Below, piece by piece: positions 10,364-21,235 of a DNA stretch of 64,000 nucleotides. The stretch comes from a virus, in IMG/VR virus record IMGVR_UViG_3300017917_000405, positions 30,729-94,728 of that record. One strand, 5' to 3'. The stretch's first letter is position 1. The number at the start of each line of letters is the position of its first letter. The position numbers and the translations under genes are program-made. The notes under the pieces are model-generated. The model ran no database searches. It was not told the DNA's origin and saw nothing but the letters and a program-made list of their open reading frames with translations.

Positions 10364-11050
10364 TTAAGCATAAACTCTGTCGATGATCTTTCCATATGTT
10401 GCTGAAACGCCATCGGCTGCTACCTTTGTGCTGTCTGGAAGTAGACGGAAGTTAACTGGGAATACAGTTGCCTCATTTCTACGAATACCAACTTCAACGG
10501 TTTCCATAGAAAGAGCACGGTATCCAATGTAAACTCTTTCTGCCTTTGTCTTACCAGATACAACTGTCTTAAGGCTATCTGGGGCTGGACCAACGATTGC
10601 AATGGAACGCTCAATTGGTGAGTAACCAAGTGAACCACCGTTAACAATCATTTCCTGGCTGTTTGTACCAGATGCTACTGCGCTACCCAAGTCCTCATCT
10701 ACACCACCAAGGGTAATGAGAAGGTTCTCTAGGGTTGCCTCTGTGAGAGTTGTTGCTACCATAACTTGCTGACCCTGCTTGAAGATCTTAGCAACGTCAA
10801 GCAACTGGTCTACCTGTACTTCACCATAGTCTGGGGTAAAGGTAATTGATGCACCATCGCTGGTGTATCCAACGTTTCTCCACTTTGTATCGTCAACGTT
10901 GTCTGGGTCTTGGAATGTACCAGAAGCATCGAATGTTGTTGGTGACTTTGGAAGATCTGTTTCATCATATACTGATGTCTGTGATGTACCAATGTAAAGT
11001 ACACCAGCACCTACAACGATGTTCTTAGCGTTATTCTGAACTGCTGCCAT
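10364..11050 (-). CDS. Major tail (tube) protein
   Basis: NIVVGAGVLY...WRNVGYTSDG...VDQLLD...TLTEATLENL motifs typical of actinophage major tail proteins; strong AAGGAGGT RBS. Confidence 0.9.
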   Translation of the reverse strand: MAAVQNNAKNIVVGAGVLYIGTSQTSVYDETDLPKSPTTFDASGTFQDPDNVDDTKWRNVGYTSDGASITFTPDYGEVQVDQLLDVAKIFKQGQQVMVATTLTEATLENLLITLGGVDEDLGSAVASGTNSQEMIVNGGSLGYSPIERSIAIVGPAPDSLKTVVSGKTKAERVYIGYRALSMETVEVGIRRNEATVFPVNFRLLPDSTKVAADGVSATYGKIIDRVYA

Positions 11051-11120
11051 GTTTTATTTTGCACCTCCTTTTTCTTTTAAAATAGGGTGCTTCCTCATGA
11101 TAATTTTATCATGCAGATGC

Positions 11121-11711
11121 TTATGATTTAGCGTATTCATACATCAGAACGATAGATGATGAGTTTCTAGTGTAATCATAGCCTTCATTATCGCTGATAT
11201 ATGATCCTTGAACACATTTTATGCTTTTAAATGAGATACCTACAAGTTCATCTACGCCACCAGTATTTATACCGTTAGCAATCCACTCGTTTACACGCTC
11301 TGCGGTAGTATCAAATCTATTGAGCAAATCAAAAACAAAGTTCTTGATTTCATTAATTCGATATGTCTCTCCAATAATCTCAAGTTTGCCCTGCTCTTTT
11401 GTAATAGGCCAAAACGTTCCAGATGTTTGCGAGAATATATAATCATATACTACATATGCTGGACCTGTTGGATTAGTTGTTGGGCTATACCAACCAGTAG
11501 AATCTGTCTGCACCTTAGCAAAGAATGGACAGTCGTCAAAAGTTGGAGATGCTATTCCCCAAAGAGTTGCCTTGTCTTGTCTTAATGCCTCTGCCCACAC
11601 ATACTGAGAAATAATATAAATTGGAATATATTCTAAATCCCATATTCTAGAAGATGTTTCTCCACGAATAACACCGTCATATCTTGTGTCTATCCAATTG
11701 TTATAACTCAT
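11121..11711 (-). CDS. Putative tail terminator/completion protein
   Basis: Synteny only (immediately upstream of the major tail gene). Confidence 0.5.
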   Translation of the reverse strand: MSYNNWIDTRYDGVIRGETSSRIWDLEYIPIYIISQYVWAEALRQDKATLWGIASPTFDDCPFFAKVQTDSTGWYSPTTNPTGPAYVVYDYIFSQTSGTFWPITKEQGKLEIIGETYRINEIKNFVFDLLNRFDTTAERVNEWIANGINTGGVDELVGISFKSIKCVQGSYISDNEGYDYTRNSSSIVLMYEYAKS

Positions 11712-12445
11712 ACGTCAATCCTTTCTACTGACTTTACAATATCTTCTGCTGCTCTTGAAGCATCTCCTAGAACACCTGAAATATTTTTCTTTGTTACTCG
11801 TGGAACGATAACTCTTGATTTTCTTTCCATTCCTTTAGTAATCTTATCAAAGAATCCTAAAGTAGTTAGAGATTTTGTAAAGTGATACTGCATAAAGTTT
11901 GATGTCTCATTTTCAAATGATCCTGCAACGTAGTCGCCACCAGGGTTTGGAACGAAACTTGGCTTGCTAGTAAAGACAGTATTTCCTTTATATTGATATT
12001 TTAGTTTTTGTACATTTTTTGGATAAATAGTTACAGGCTCTCCAATTTCCATTACGAAAGCCTTATTGTAAAACATATATCCATCTCTATTTGGCTCTGT
12101 AGATTGTAAAAGATTAAAATTAATGGTTACTGGATCTGTGTCAGACAGGCTGTATTCAAAGAGTCTTGCATTTGGATCTCCAGTTTTATCCCATTCATAA
12201 ATATGATGAAAACTTTTGTGATCTGATCTCGCCTTAGCGTCTAGCATTTTAAAATAGTATTCTGTAGCGCCTCGCGCACCTGACCTTAAAATTCTTCTTC
12301 TTAAGTTTCCCTGTGTAAGTTGATTTACCATTTCGGCGTCAAATGCCACAACGTTTCTAATTTTATTTACTAGACCACCAGTATTAAAGGATAACAGTTG
12401 TGTTTTGCCGTTTATTCTAGTTATTGGGGAGGTATTTAGTCTCAT
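11708..12445 (-). CDS. Putative neck/tail completion protein
   Basis: Synteny in the head-tail joining block; coupled start/stop. Confidence 0.45.
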   Translation of the reverse strand: MRLNTSPITRINGKTQLLSFNTGGLVNKIRNVVAFDAEMVNQLTQGNLRRRILRSGARGATEYYFKMLDAKARSDHKSFHHIYEWDKTGDPNARLFEYSLSDTDPVTINFNLLQSTEPNRDGYMFYNKAFVMEIGEPVTIYPKNVQKLKYQYKGNTVFTSKPSFVPNPGGDYVAGSFENETSNFMQYHFTKSLTTLGFFDKITKGMERKSRVIVPRVTKKNISGVLGDASRAAEDIVKSVERIDV

Positions 12446-12894
12446 ACCTCTTCATCCAATACAAGAGATTGAATATCTTGTCTTTTAAGTATTGTTTCGT
12501 ATCCAAGAACAGTTCCATCAAAGTCTACTAGTGGTGTAGATCCATTGACCTCAAAAATGGTTGCTCCAGCAATCCCAGCAGAAGTATTTTCTTCTTTCCA
12601 TACAAGTATGCTGCTTGAGTTTCTAATATTTGATACGCGATATGTTGATGGAATTGGATCTGATGACCTTAGTTTAACTTCTTCTTTAGTAAGAATAATT
12701 GATTGATTTGATGATACTTCTGTTGAGTTTGTCCCACTAGACTTTGTTACATATCCTTTTGCAAGACAGTCGATAGTATCTACCACAGACCACTTCTTCT
12801 CTATCTCACCATTTTTCATATTATTTACAGTAGAAGTAACATCGTATAAATCTGCTTTCATTGAATACATCGAAGATGTTGTACATCTAAACAT
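12442..12894 (-). CDS. Putative head closure (stopper) protein
   Basis: 150 aa, beta-rich, in the head-tail joining position. Confidence 0.5.
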   Translation of the reverse strand: MFRCTTSSMYSMKADLYDVTSTVNNMKNGEIEKKWSVVDTIDCLAKGYVTKSSGTNSTEVSSNQSIILTKEEVKLRSSDPIPSTYRVSNIRNSSSILVWKEENTSAGIAGATIFEVNGSTPLVDFDGTVLGYETILKRQDIQSLVLDEEV

Positions 12895-13787
12895 TAGATT
12901 GCCCTAAAGTTAAACTTCTTATATTGAGCAAGCAATGAATCAACGAAGATGTTTCCACTACCAAGACTAATTGAGTCTGCAAACGATAGGCTGAATGCAT
13001 CATTTGAAATAGACTTAATACCCTTTGAGCGATACCCAAAGTCTTGACAAAGAAATTGTTCTACTAGAAGTACGGTTGCAAGATATACGTTATGCGGAAC
13101 AAATTTTTCTCCAAATTCTCCATAAAACATATATCTTGAACCCTTTTTAAATATTGGAGATGATCCAATTACCGTAGTCTCTGCCCATTCTAGAATATCT
13201 TCACCTTCATTAGCAAAGCGCAATTGATATCCACTTGGAGAGATTGCTAAAACCCTGTCCCAATAGTTTAGAGTTGGATCTGCGGTAGTGTCATATAGAA
13301 GTTCATCGTTCTGATAAATTTTTGATACTGATACTACTTTATCGTTTAGATTAATTGCATCAGATCCTTGACCAAATGACTCAGACTTTGTATTCTTAAA
13401 AGCAAATGATGCAATATTACTGTCTATCCATGATCTTGCCATTCTTTCTAAATCTATAATTTTTGCATCTGGGTATTCAGTTGAGTCTAGTGATAGTTCT
13501 GATCTGATCTGAGAAGCAGTTGCGTATGGCCTTACAATGGCAATCTCATAGTTTGTAGATGCTCCTCCATTATAAGAAACAGAAAGAATTGCATGTCTGT
13601 CATATGCCGCCTGAGCCTTTGTAAGAACAATATTAAACGTTGTTCCAGATACTAGCGTTCCGTTTCCACTAGCAAATTGAGATCCTGTGTCAATATCCGT
13701 GAGAGTATACGCAAGCGTTGTTGTTCCAGATGGAGCAATTATGGATATTGTTAGTGTAGAGTCATACTCTCTTAGATATTCTTTCAT
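12894..13787 (-). CDS. Head-tail adaptor/connector protein
   Basis: PYAT...VPHNVYLATVLLV...FVDSLLAQY pattern of gp6/gp15-like adaptors; synteny. Confidence 0.65.
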   Translation of the reverse strand: MKEYLREYDSTLTISIIAPSGTTTLAYTLTDIDTGSQFASGNGTLVSGTTFNIVLTKAQAAYDRHAILSVSYNGGASTNYEIAIVRPYATASQIRSELSLDSTEYPDAKIIDLERMARSWIDSNIASFAFKNTKSESFGQGSDAINLNDKVVSVSKIYQNDELLYDTTADPTLNYWDRVLAISPSGYQLRFANEGEDILEWAETTVIGSSPIFKKGSRYMFYGEFGEKFVPHNVYLATVLLVEQFLCQDFGYRSKGIKSISNDAFSLSFADSISLGSGNIFVDSLLAQYKKFNFRAI

Positions 13788-14185
13788 TATTCACCGCTAT
13801 AAAAAGCGGAGACCTCCTTTGGCGTTGCTTCTCTAATACGATGACTAGATCTGCTAAGTATTTCTTCTGCAATTTGTCTATCTACTACTTTATATGGCTC
13901 ATCCTTTGTAAAAAGAATTCCTTTTACTAGGTACGCCGCCTGTGGATATATTGTTGTTAAGATTACCTCTGATTTAGTGTGATCTGTTACTTTTATTGAA
14001 TCTTCTTTCTTTTCAACATTTCCACCGTCAATTGAATTAATACTGTTTAAATAATCTTGTTCTGTAAAATTATTATCTTTAAATATTTTTAATATTTCTG
14101 CTTTCTTTTTAGCGTCACCAATATCAATTCCGCTAATTCTAGCAATCTTCTTTAGTTCTGCAACTGTTTTATCTGAAAAAGACAT
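13787..14185 (-). CDS. Hypothetical virion-associated protein with Rho-N/HeH-like N-terminus
   Basis: KTVAELKKIARISGI...KKKAEIL motif; directly after the capsid gene. Confidence 0.5.
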   Translation of the reverse strand: MSFSDKTVAELKKIARISGIDIGDAKKKAEILKIFKDNNFTEQDYLNSINSIDGGNVEKKEDSIKVTDHTKSEVILTTIYPQAAYLVKGILFTKDEPYKVVDRQIAEEILSRSSHRIREATPKEVSAFYSGE

Positions 14186-14225
14186 TATTCCTCCTTTTTA
14201 TATTTTACTATAAAAAAATGATGAA

Positions 14226-14247
14226 GCCCCGCCATTTCTGACGGGGC
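14226..14247 (-). terminator. Rho-independent terminator after capsid gene
   Basis: GCCCCG...CGGGGC stem followed by a T-rich tract on the minus strand. Confidence 0.7.
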
Positions 14248-14267
14248 AACATCTATGTTTAGAACAA

Positions 14268-15299
14268 TTATGCCTGCTCTGCGTATGCAACTGCTGACTT
14301 CTCTTCAACCATAACGCCGAAACGAACGTATACGGTGTACTCAATCGTGTCCTTCTTTGGCTTAAACTCGCGGTGTACTGTAACATCGCGCTGGAAGCCC
14401 CAAACACGGTTGCTTGGAAGAGTGATATCTGCGTAGTTGTCTGGGTAGAGAGGAACCTCAAGAACTGGAATGCCGAAGACGCGGTATTGTGCGCCTGAAG
14501 CACCGCCGAGGCGGGGAACCTGTCCGTCAATTACACGGACTGCTACTTCCTCAGGTACAGAACCCAACTTGCGTAGGTCTGCAACTAGTTCTGTGATGTG
14601 CTTGCTATTGGTGTAGAACTTAAGACCATCACGACGCGCCTTGAACTTACGGGGAAGTGCGTTGTAAAGAGCCTCAAGTGCGTCTAGGCCAAACTTCTCT
14701 GTTGAAGCAGAAGCGTTGTCCCAGATACCAGCCATATCAGCAATCGCTGCTGCTGCCTCATGACCCTCATCTGAAGTGTCACGAATCTGCTTAACGAAGC
14801 CGTTTAGTGTGTTCTGGTAGTAACCTGATGTTGAACCAGATGCACCATTGATAGCAATATCTTCAAGGTCATTACCAAACTGAGCAGCCATCAAGCGTAC
14901 AACGTGATCCTCAAGAGCATCACCCTCAATGTTATCCTCAAGGGACTCTGTTGAGAGTTCGTAGTCTAGACGGAACTTGGTTGTTGTGATTTCCAACTTG
15001 GTGAACTGTGCAGTTGAGTTAGTGCCTGTGTTATCTGCCTGAGTTGCCTTTGCAACTAGACGAGTACCAACTCTTACCTTATCAATTTCTGCTGTGTTGC
15101 CGCGCATGGTAATTCTACGACCATCTTGTGCGAGTACCATCTCATCGAACATGTAGTCGATGAACTGACGGGACTGCTCTGGGCTAAGAACACCGCCAGT
15201 ATCGCCTGCAGGTGCATTGGCTGTTGTCATTGCGCCTGGTGATTCTAGTGGTGAAATAAAAGTACCTGAAGCGGCAGCCTTATTGATTACATCACTCAT
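14268..15299 (-). CDS. Major capsid protein (HK97 fold)
   Basis: GGVLSPEQSRQFID...ELSTESLEDNIEG...FGNDLEDIAING motifs. Likely start MSDVINK at 15299 after AGGTAGGTG. Confidence 0.92.
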   Translation of the reverse strand: MSDVINKAAASGTFISPLESPGAMTTANAPAGDTGGVLSPEQSRQFIDYMFDEMVLAQDGRRITMRGNTAEIDKVRVGTRLVAKATQADNTGTNSTAQFTKLEITTTKFRLDYELSTESLEDNIEGDALEDHVVRLMAAQFGNDLEDIAINGASGSTSGYYQNTLNGFVKQIRDTSDEGHEAAAAIADMAGIWDNASASTEKFGLDALEALYNALPRKFKARRDGLKFYTNSKHITELVADLRKLGSVPEEVAVRVIDGQVPRLGGASGAQYRVFGIPVLEVPLYPDNYADITLPSNRVWGFQRDVTVHREFKPKKDTIEYTVYVRFGVMVEEKSAVAYAEQA

Positions 15300-15327
15300 T
15301 ATTAACTTTTCACCTACCTTTCTTTTA

Positions 15328-16761
15328 TTAGTTAAATAGTTCGGTGGAACCGAGGAAGCGCCCACCCCACTTAGACTTTCGAATAGTGGTTTCTTCTGGA
15401 GCAGTTGTGAACTCTCCAGACTTCTTTACTGCTGAATCATCCTCAAGTGAGTTAACACGAGAGTTAACTTCACCGATAACAGAATTAATATCAGCAAGAG
15501 CCTTTGATAGTTCGTCGTACTTGCCTGTAAGAGCCTTTGTAACGTCTGCTACTGCGGAAGCAAGAGTATTAATTGCTTCTGCTGTGCGCTCGTTATGCTC
15601 TGTAACATTAACGACAAATTCATTGAAAGACTTATTGATTTCGTCAGCCGCCTCACCGTTTTCGGTGGAAGCGTCTGCGGCCTCACCAGCATCAGCCTTT
15701 TCGACTGATTCCTCTTCTGGTGTTGATGTATCGTCAGAAGTCTCAGTCTCGTCGGACTTTTCTACAACTTCTGCTGTCTCATCGACAATATCATCTGTCT
15801 TAGCAACTTCAACATCTTCTACAGTTTCTTCTACTGTTTCGTTTTCAGCCACTTCAACACCTCCTTTTGTAATTTGGTCGGCAACTGACTGACTTTCAAT
15901 TGCCTGTTCTGCTACATCGCTGTGTAGCAAGTCTGATTTTCTAGTGCGCTTTACGCCACTCTTAAACTTTCCCTGCTCAGGGTACTCATCAATAACGTCT
16001 TCACTAGTAATTGTATTTACATTTTCTACTTTTTCGAATGAATCTACTATGATAGAAATTGACTTTGTAAGATCATCTGAGTCAAGAACGTCTATCCAGC
16101 CAATATTTTCAAGTGACTTCTCGCAAAGAAGGCAGTCTTTTGTTTCTGCAATATCTGTAAATGCCATTTGGTCTGTCTCGCACCAAAAAACGTTTTGAAT
16201 GTCTGACTTATTAAAGATACCGTCTGCTATGGCAGTACCAGATTCAGTCTTTTGGATTGAGAAAATATTTGCTAGTTGATTTGCTGGGCTATCTACTAGA
16301 GAAAGTTCTACGAGATCATAATCTTTAATAATTCTAACGTTCTTGTCGATAGACTTATCAAAAACCATTTCTGAGTCCTTAATGTTTCCTCCAATAGAAA
16401 ATCCTGTGAGTGTTCCGTCAAGTACCATTTCCCAGACATTATCTGCGCCCTTTGAAATATATGTATCTACAAATACTCCAGAATATTGCTTGTTATCTTC
16501 TTTATTAAAAAATGATTCCTGTCTAAAGTTAACAACTTTGCCAGCAGGAATTGGCTGATGCATTAGTCTTACATTGCCACGGAAGTTTTCAAAAGCCTTT
16601 CTAGAAGCCTCTGATGTTACTGTATCGCCTTGACGATCAATATTGTCTAATGTAGCAAAGCCAGAAACAATTCTCTTTTCCTTGTCAACCTTTGAGATTG
16701 GCATGGTGAGAGTTACATTGTCGCCGTCGCTTGAGAAGTGTGCTTTTTGAAAATCTACCAT
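15328..16761 (-). CDS. Prohead protease fused to acidic scaffold domain
   Basis: RIVSGFATLDNIDRQGD...RLMH...GFSIGG...ELSLVDSPAN (HK97-type protease) plus acidic coiled-coil C-terminus. Confidence 0.9.
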   Translation of the reverse strand: MVDFQKAHFSSDGDNVTLTMPISKVDKEKRIVSGFATLDNIDRQGDTVTSEASRKAFENFRGNVRLMHQPIPAGKVVNFRQESFFNKEDNKQYSGVFVDTYISKGADNVWEMVLDGTLTGFSIGGNIKDSEMVFDKSIDKNVRIIKDYDLVELSLVDSPANQLANIFSIQKTESGTAIADGIFNKSDIQNVFWCETDQMAFTDIAETKDCLLCEKSLENIGWIDVLDSDDLTKSISIIVDSFEKVENVNTITSEDVIDEYPEQGKFKSGVKRTRKSDLLHSDVAEQAIESQSVADQITKGGVEVAENETVEETVEDVEVAKTDDIVDETAEVVEKSDETETSDDTSTPEEESVEKADAGEAADASTENGEAADEINKSFNEFVVNVTEHNERTAEAINTLASAVADVTKALTGKYDELSKALADINSVIGEVNSRVNSLEDDSAVKKSGEFTTAPEETTIRKSKWGGRFLGSTELFN

Positions 16762-16791
16762 AGCAATATAATTATATAACTTTATTCTTTA

Positions 16792-18345
16792 TTACGCTTG
16801 CTGTCTACCGTCACCTTGTGTTGCGCGACCAGTTTCATTAACATCTGGAGCATTTGATTGACGCTGTTGGTCTCTTAAACGATTTCCATTTGCTTGCGTT
16901 CTTTGCTCTGCTGCTCCTTGTGCTGTAAGTTGAACTGGTTCATCGCCGCCTGGAATACTAGACATACCCATTCTTGTTCTTACTTCATTTGGAACAACAA
17001 CCTTCATTCTTAAGTAAATTTCATCAATCTTACTTTGAGTTGCTTCATCTGTAAGAGTTAATTCATTAAACTCAAGTCTGAATACGTTTGTTTTTTCTGC
17101 AACAATACGATTAATTTTCTTTTCTAATGTATCTTGTGCAGGTCTTGTAACCTGTTCCTTGAATGTTCTGTCTGCTTCACGAGCAGCGGCTAGACCAACA
17201 TTTTCTGTCATTCCAACCTTTGACCCTGGAACGCGGTGTGACATAAGAACTTCTCTATCATTTGCCTTTCTATAGTTTTCAAATGATGAGTCTTGAACCT
17301 TTGTTTCAATTGGCTCCATCTTAACTTCAACTTTATTATTTCCATCATCTGGTGGAAGTGGAACAATAACAGTTCTATGTGATTGACCACGGAGATTGTT
17401 TGAGAAGAATTCAAAAAGTTTTTCTTCTGATTGTGGAGAAATCTTTGCTCCCTTAATCCAAAGAATGTATCTTGGAACAGCCTTATTCTCAAAGTATTCA
17501 AGATTGAACCTTGACGCAAACTCTGTTCCAGCCATTGCATTCTTTGCTGCAACAATTGCTGGTACACCATAATATGTGCTTGTTGGGCTATAGGTCTTTA
17601 GATGAATAATCTCATTTGGCCTTGGGTCATTTCCTATTGGGTTTCCTGTAGATTCGTCCTGATAGTTTTTGAAGAATACTGCTTTGCCATTAACAATTTG
17701 TACAAAGCCGTCGCGCAAACGTCGCACGCGGATTGTTGCTGCAGGTATATGACCGATATAGCCAATTTCTCCAGTTGTTTTACGTCCAATTTCAATGTAC
17801 CCATTTCCAGTTGATTCCTGATCAATTAGTGCCTTTGTTAGAACAGCAACGAATGTCTCTTCATCGTTTCTTGATTCTAGCCACTCAATTGTCTGATTCT
17901 TCATTCTTGCAAGTTTTCTACGAGCGCGAGCAACTTGATCTGGATCTGTCATCTCTTCAAGTGTTTGAATAACATCTAGTGTTGGTTTAAGATCGTATCC
18001 AAGCCCAACAATATTTGCGACCTTTGCATTAATTGCAGAATAGTTTGGAGATGAAATTTCATAAATCTTTGCGAGGGCAGCAAGATTATATGGAGGTTCG
18101 ATAACATCAAAAATTCCATAGCCCATCTTCTCTGGCTGAATTTGTTTTGATGAACTTCCGTCGCCTGACTGCTCGTTATTATCAGCCTTTTCAAGTTTTC
18201 TTTTTGCGGATCGCTTAAAGTTGGTGCTTAGACCAGCAAACTTTAGCAGGTCTTCGCTTTCTAATTTAAAATCATCTTTATCTCCAAAGTTAACCCCAGT
18301 ATTTGAAGTTGCCTTTGATATTTTAACGCCCTCAATTTCTTGCAT
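16792..18345 (-). CDS. Portal protein
   Basis: TGNGYIEI...HIPAATIR...NEIIHLK...YYGVP...FENKAVP...NEVR motifs. Likely start MQEIEG at 18345. Confidence 0.92.
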   Translation of the reverse strand: MQEIEGVKISKATSNTGVNFGDKDDFKLESEDLLKFAGLSTNFKRSAKRKLEKADNNEQSGDGSSSKQIQPEKMGYGIFDVIEPPYNLAALAKIYEISSPNYSAINAKVANIVGLGYDLKPTLDVIQTLEEMTDPDQVARARRKLARMKNQTIEWLESRNDEETFVAVLTKALIDQESTGNGYIEIGRKTTGEIGYIGHIPAATIRVRRLRDGFVQIVNGKAVFFKNYQDESTGNPIGNDPRPNEIIHLKTYSPTSTYYGVPAIVAAKNAMAGTEFASRFNLEYFENKAVPRYILWIKGAKISPQSEEKLFEFFSNNLRGQSHRTVIVPLPPDDGNNKVEVKMEPIETKVQDSSFENYRKANDREVLMSHRVPGSKVGMTENVGLAAAREADRTFKEQVTRPAQDTLEKKINRIVAEKTNVFRLEFNELTLTDEATQSKIDEIYLRMKVVVPNEVRTRMGMSSIPGGDEPVQLTAQGAAEQRTQANGNRLRDQQRQSNAPDVNETGRATQGDGRQQA

Positions 18346-18664
18346 TTTTAAAAGTTTCCCTCCATGCGCCAGTATCACCATATGGCGTAAGACCGCTTAA
18401 CATTCTTTCTTTTTCAGACTCAAATTCTGATTCTGTTAGTCTTCCAACACCTGGAAGAAACTTTGCGGTTCCTTCTGGGCATCCCCAATATGCTGCTGCT
18501 TCTGCAATAATTTTCATTTTTTGAATATCATAGTTCCTTGATGGAATATTTAGGGTATTTCCATCATCATCCTGAAATGGATTTCCAGCCTTATCTAGCC
18601 AAATATATACACCAAAGTCTTCTGGATTTTCTACAGGAACAATTTTTTGTTGATGCTTTGACAT
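18332..18664 (-). CDS. Hypothetical protein upstream of portal
   Basis: 110 aa ORF with a leaderless-type promoter (TGGTATTAT-N6-ATG). Confidence 0.6.
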   Translation of the reverse strand: MSKHQQKIVPVENPEDFGVYIWLDKAGNPFQDDDGNTLNIPSRNYDIQKMKIIAEAAAYWGCPEGTAKFLPGVGRLTESEFESEKERMLSGLTPYGDTGAWRETFKNARN

Positions 18665-18703
18665 GACACAATAATACCATTTTAGACATTAAAATGTCAC
18701 TTG

Positions 18704-21208
18704 CTATGCAACAGTTATCCAGTTATCTGCATAAACCTGCACGTTACCTTCAATAATTTGAGGAATATCGTCTTCAGTTATGCTAATAATGTTTTCTCCA
18801 GAGTAAGAGTTTGATATTGCAAGTATTTGATTTGGAGATAATTCTTCTTCTACAATTCCTAAATATTGAATTGATACATTGCTTCCTCCTGTAGAATCTC
18901 CAAAATATATTCTTGGTGACTGTGCTGCTTTTACAATTAGCGGATTATCTAATACGATAGCAATGTGTGTCCAGGTGTCTAGAGGAATATCTATATCTAA
19001 CCAATCAATGCCAGACGAAACGCTGCTAGTTGAATCAAGCACTCCGTTGATATATATGTCAGCAGATGATGGAGGTGTTGTAGACGCTACTGGGGTCCAG
19101 CCAATAATCTTTTTTGATGTATCTGTAGAGTTTCTTTTAATTAACATTGACATGCTTTTAACTCCACGATCCTCATCATTATCAAGTGAGGATACTGAGT
19201 AGTCTATATACCCACCGTTTCCAAAAAACTTTACTCCACTATGGTCTCCAAGATATATAGCACTTATTGTTTCATCTTGTATTGTCATTTTATTATCTGA
19301 TGCAACAATCTGAACATTCTTTAAGTTATCTGATGCAATATATTGAACTGAAGACCCAGATGTAATCATTTTGCCAAATGACATAATTTTAAATTGACCA
19401 ATAATTGGTGGAGTGTATAGACAGTCTTGTGAATCAAAAACTGTAGAAACAATAAACATGTTGTCTGCAATATTTGTTGTGCTGTTTATACTTAAGACAT
19501 TTTCTTTTTCAAGGGACATGGTTTGTGATGCGATTAATGATGTTTCTCCGTAGTGGTTAATCGTTACTTCTGCCTCTGGATTTACAACTTTTGGGTATCC
19601 ATTTTCTACTGTTATTGCACCTATAAACTTTTTATTTAATGAAGATGAGTATGCGTCAAGTGCGAATTGCTCAATTGGCATTATTACATTTAATGTGCCC
19701 TTCTTGTGCATTCGAATATATTGATTATATGTAATAGTAAAGTCTTCATAGAACGTATTAAAAATAGTAGTGCTGTTTGCTGCACCCATTGTTGAGTTAT
19801 ATTTTATGTATGACTTGAATAGAGTAATTCTAGAAAAGTATCCATTGCTAATTGAAAATACATTATCTACTGTTCCAGCAACATCGTCTACTATCTCTCC
19901 GCCAAATGTAATTGTTGAGTCATTTGAAAATATTGTTTTATCTACATTTGTGATGTATGTTCTGTTTCCATTTAAATGAATAACATATCTTTTATTAAGT
20001 TGATCGTATGACATTCCAAATAAGTTTGATGAATCTTCAGTTACTGAGCCAATATTTGTTTCTACATAGTTTACTGTTAGATGAGATAGTGAGTCTTTAT
20101 ACATTCTTACTAAAATATTTGCATTGTCTAAGACAACAGTTATTTTATTTTTTAATGTTTTATATGTTGAAAATAGGACAAACTCGTTTGATGTGTCAAG
20201 TGTAGTAGGAGTAAACGAGAAACCAATTCCAAATGTTTCTGCAAAATACTTTGATGCTTTTCTAATCTTCAAAATATTTGATGAGTTAAATTCAAATCTG
20301 GTGGCTGATGGTGATGGATTAATATATTCGATTAGATCTGAGTTATCAAGTTGGTATCCATATCTTCCATATATAACGTTTTCATATATTGGCTTTGCCT
20401 GAACGTTTTCTGATGGAACTATAAGTTCTAATACCTTGTTGCTTGTATTTCCGCTGAACTTTGTATATGAACCAGACAGGTTATCAAATATTTCTCCAGC
20501 GTAATCATATCCAAGCCCATAAACAATATGTCTTTTTGAATTTACCTCTGTGAGAATATATGGGTATAGAGCAATTGCATCTATTGTAGTTGTACCTAAT
20601 TCATCATTTCCATAAAAATTAAAGTTTGTTGATGATGATGAGTGAGTATATGATGATGGTACGTTTCTGTTTGCCTTTTCATGCCTTATGCCATCTACTA
20701 TAAGGTTAAAGTTTGATTTATAGCATGTAATAACAACATGATGTTGCATATTCCAAGAAGATACTGGTGCGGCAATAAAATAGTCATTATCTATATTTAA
20801 ATAAATATAGTTTTTATAAATATATAACCCAAAAGACTCATCCGATCCAGCATCTAAAACTTTAAATTTTCCAGAAGAATCTGATTGATGTATTTTAATC
20901 CAAAACTCTAAAGACCAGGACTCTCCTATAGTATCTCCAGATAGTGTATTAAGCCTTGGAATAGTAAGTGATGGATTAGATCCATTATCTAAAATGATTG
21001 AAGAGTTTCCTCCACCTAAAACTAGTGGAATTCCAGTATTTATTACTTTCATTCCAGAGTTATATACATACTCTCCGCTATGTTCTCCCGATCCGCTTGT
21101 ATCTAAAAAAGATGAACATGCAACATTCTCTGTAGCACTAGTAAGGTCATCGTCAAGCGTCCATACAGCAACAGGGTAATCTTTTAGTATAAGATCGGAA
21201 TATTTCAT
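18704..21208 (-). CDS. Virion structural protein with LamG/ConA-like domains
   Basis: WSLEFWIK...HHVVIT...LIVDG and WTHIAIV LamG-type motifs; 834 aa. Confidence 0.7.
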   Translation of the reverse strand: MKYSDLILKDYPVAVWTLDDDLTSATENVACSSFLDTSGSGEHSGEYVYNSGMKVINTGIPLVLGGGNSSIILDNGSNPSLTIPRLNTLSGDTIGESWSLEFWIKIHQSDSSGKFKVLDAGSDESFGLYIYKNYIYLNIDNDYFIAAPVSSWNMQHHVVITCYKSNFNLIVDGIRHEKANRNVPSSYTHSSSSTNFNFYGNDELGTTTIDAIALYPYILTEVNSKRHIVYGLGYDYAGEIFDNLSGSYTKFSGNTSNKVLELIVPSENVQAKPIYENVIYGRYGYQLDNSDLIEYINPSPSATRFEFNSSNILKIRKASKYFAETFGIGFSFTPTTLDTSNEFVLFSTYKTLKNKITVVLDNANILVRMYKDSLSHLTVNYVETNIGSVTEDSSNLFGMSYDQLNKRYVIHLNGNRTYITNVDKTIFSNDSTITFGGEIVDDVAGTVDNVFSISNGYFSRITLFKSYIKYNSTMGAANSTTIFNTFYEDFTITYNQYIRMHKKGTLNVIMPIEQFALDAYSSSLNKKFIGAITVENGYPKVVNPEAEVTINHYGETSLIASQTMSLEKENVLSINSTTNIADNMFIVSTVFDSQDCLYTPPIIGQFKIMSFGKMITSGSSVQYIASDNLKNVQIVASDNKMTIQDETISAIYLGDHSGVKFFGNGGYIDYSVSSLDNDEDRGVKSMSMLIKRNSTDTSKKIIGWTPVASTTPPSSADIYINGVLDSTSSVSSGIDWLDIDIPLDTWTHIAIVLDNPLIVKAAQSPRIYFGDSTGGSNVSIQYLGIVEEELSPNQILAISNSYSGENIISITEDDIPQIIEGNVQVYADNWITVA

Positions 21209-21235
21209 GAGGCCTCTTATAAATTATAACGCAAT

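Noticed and set aside
602-21179. Plus-strand ORFs opposite the structural operon (e.g. 8295-8711, 15344-15892)
   Set aside because: Antisense shadows of long minus-strand genes, with no RBS or recognisable motifs
16792-21208. Terminase next to the portal gene
   Set aside because: Neither upstream ORF has Walker A/B or nuclease motifs; the terminase presumably lies outside the window
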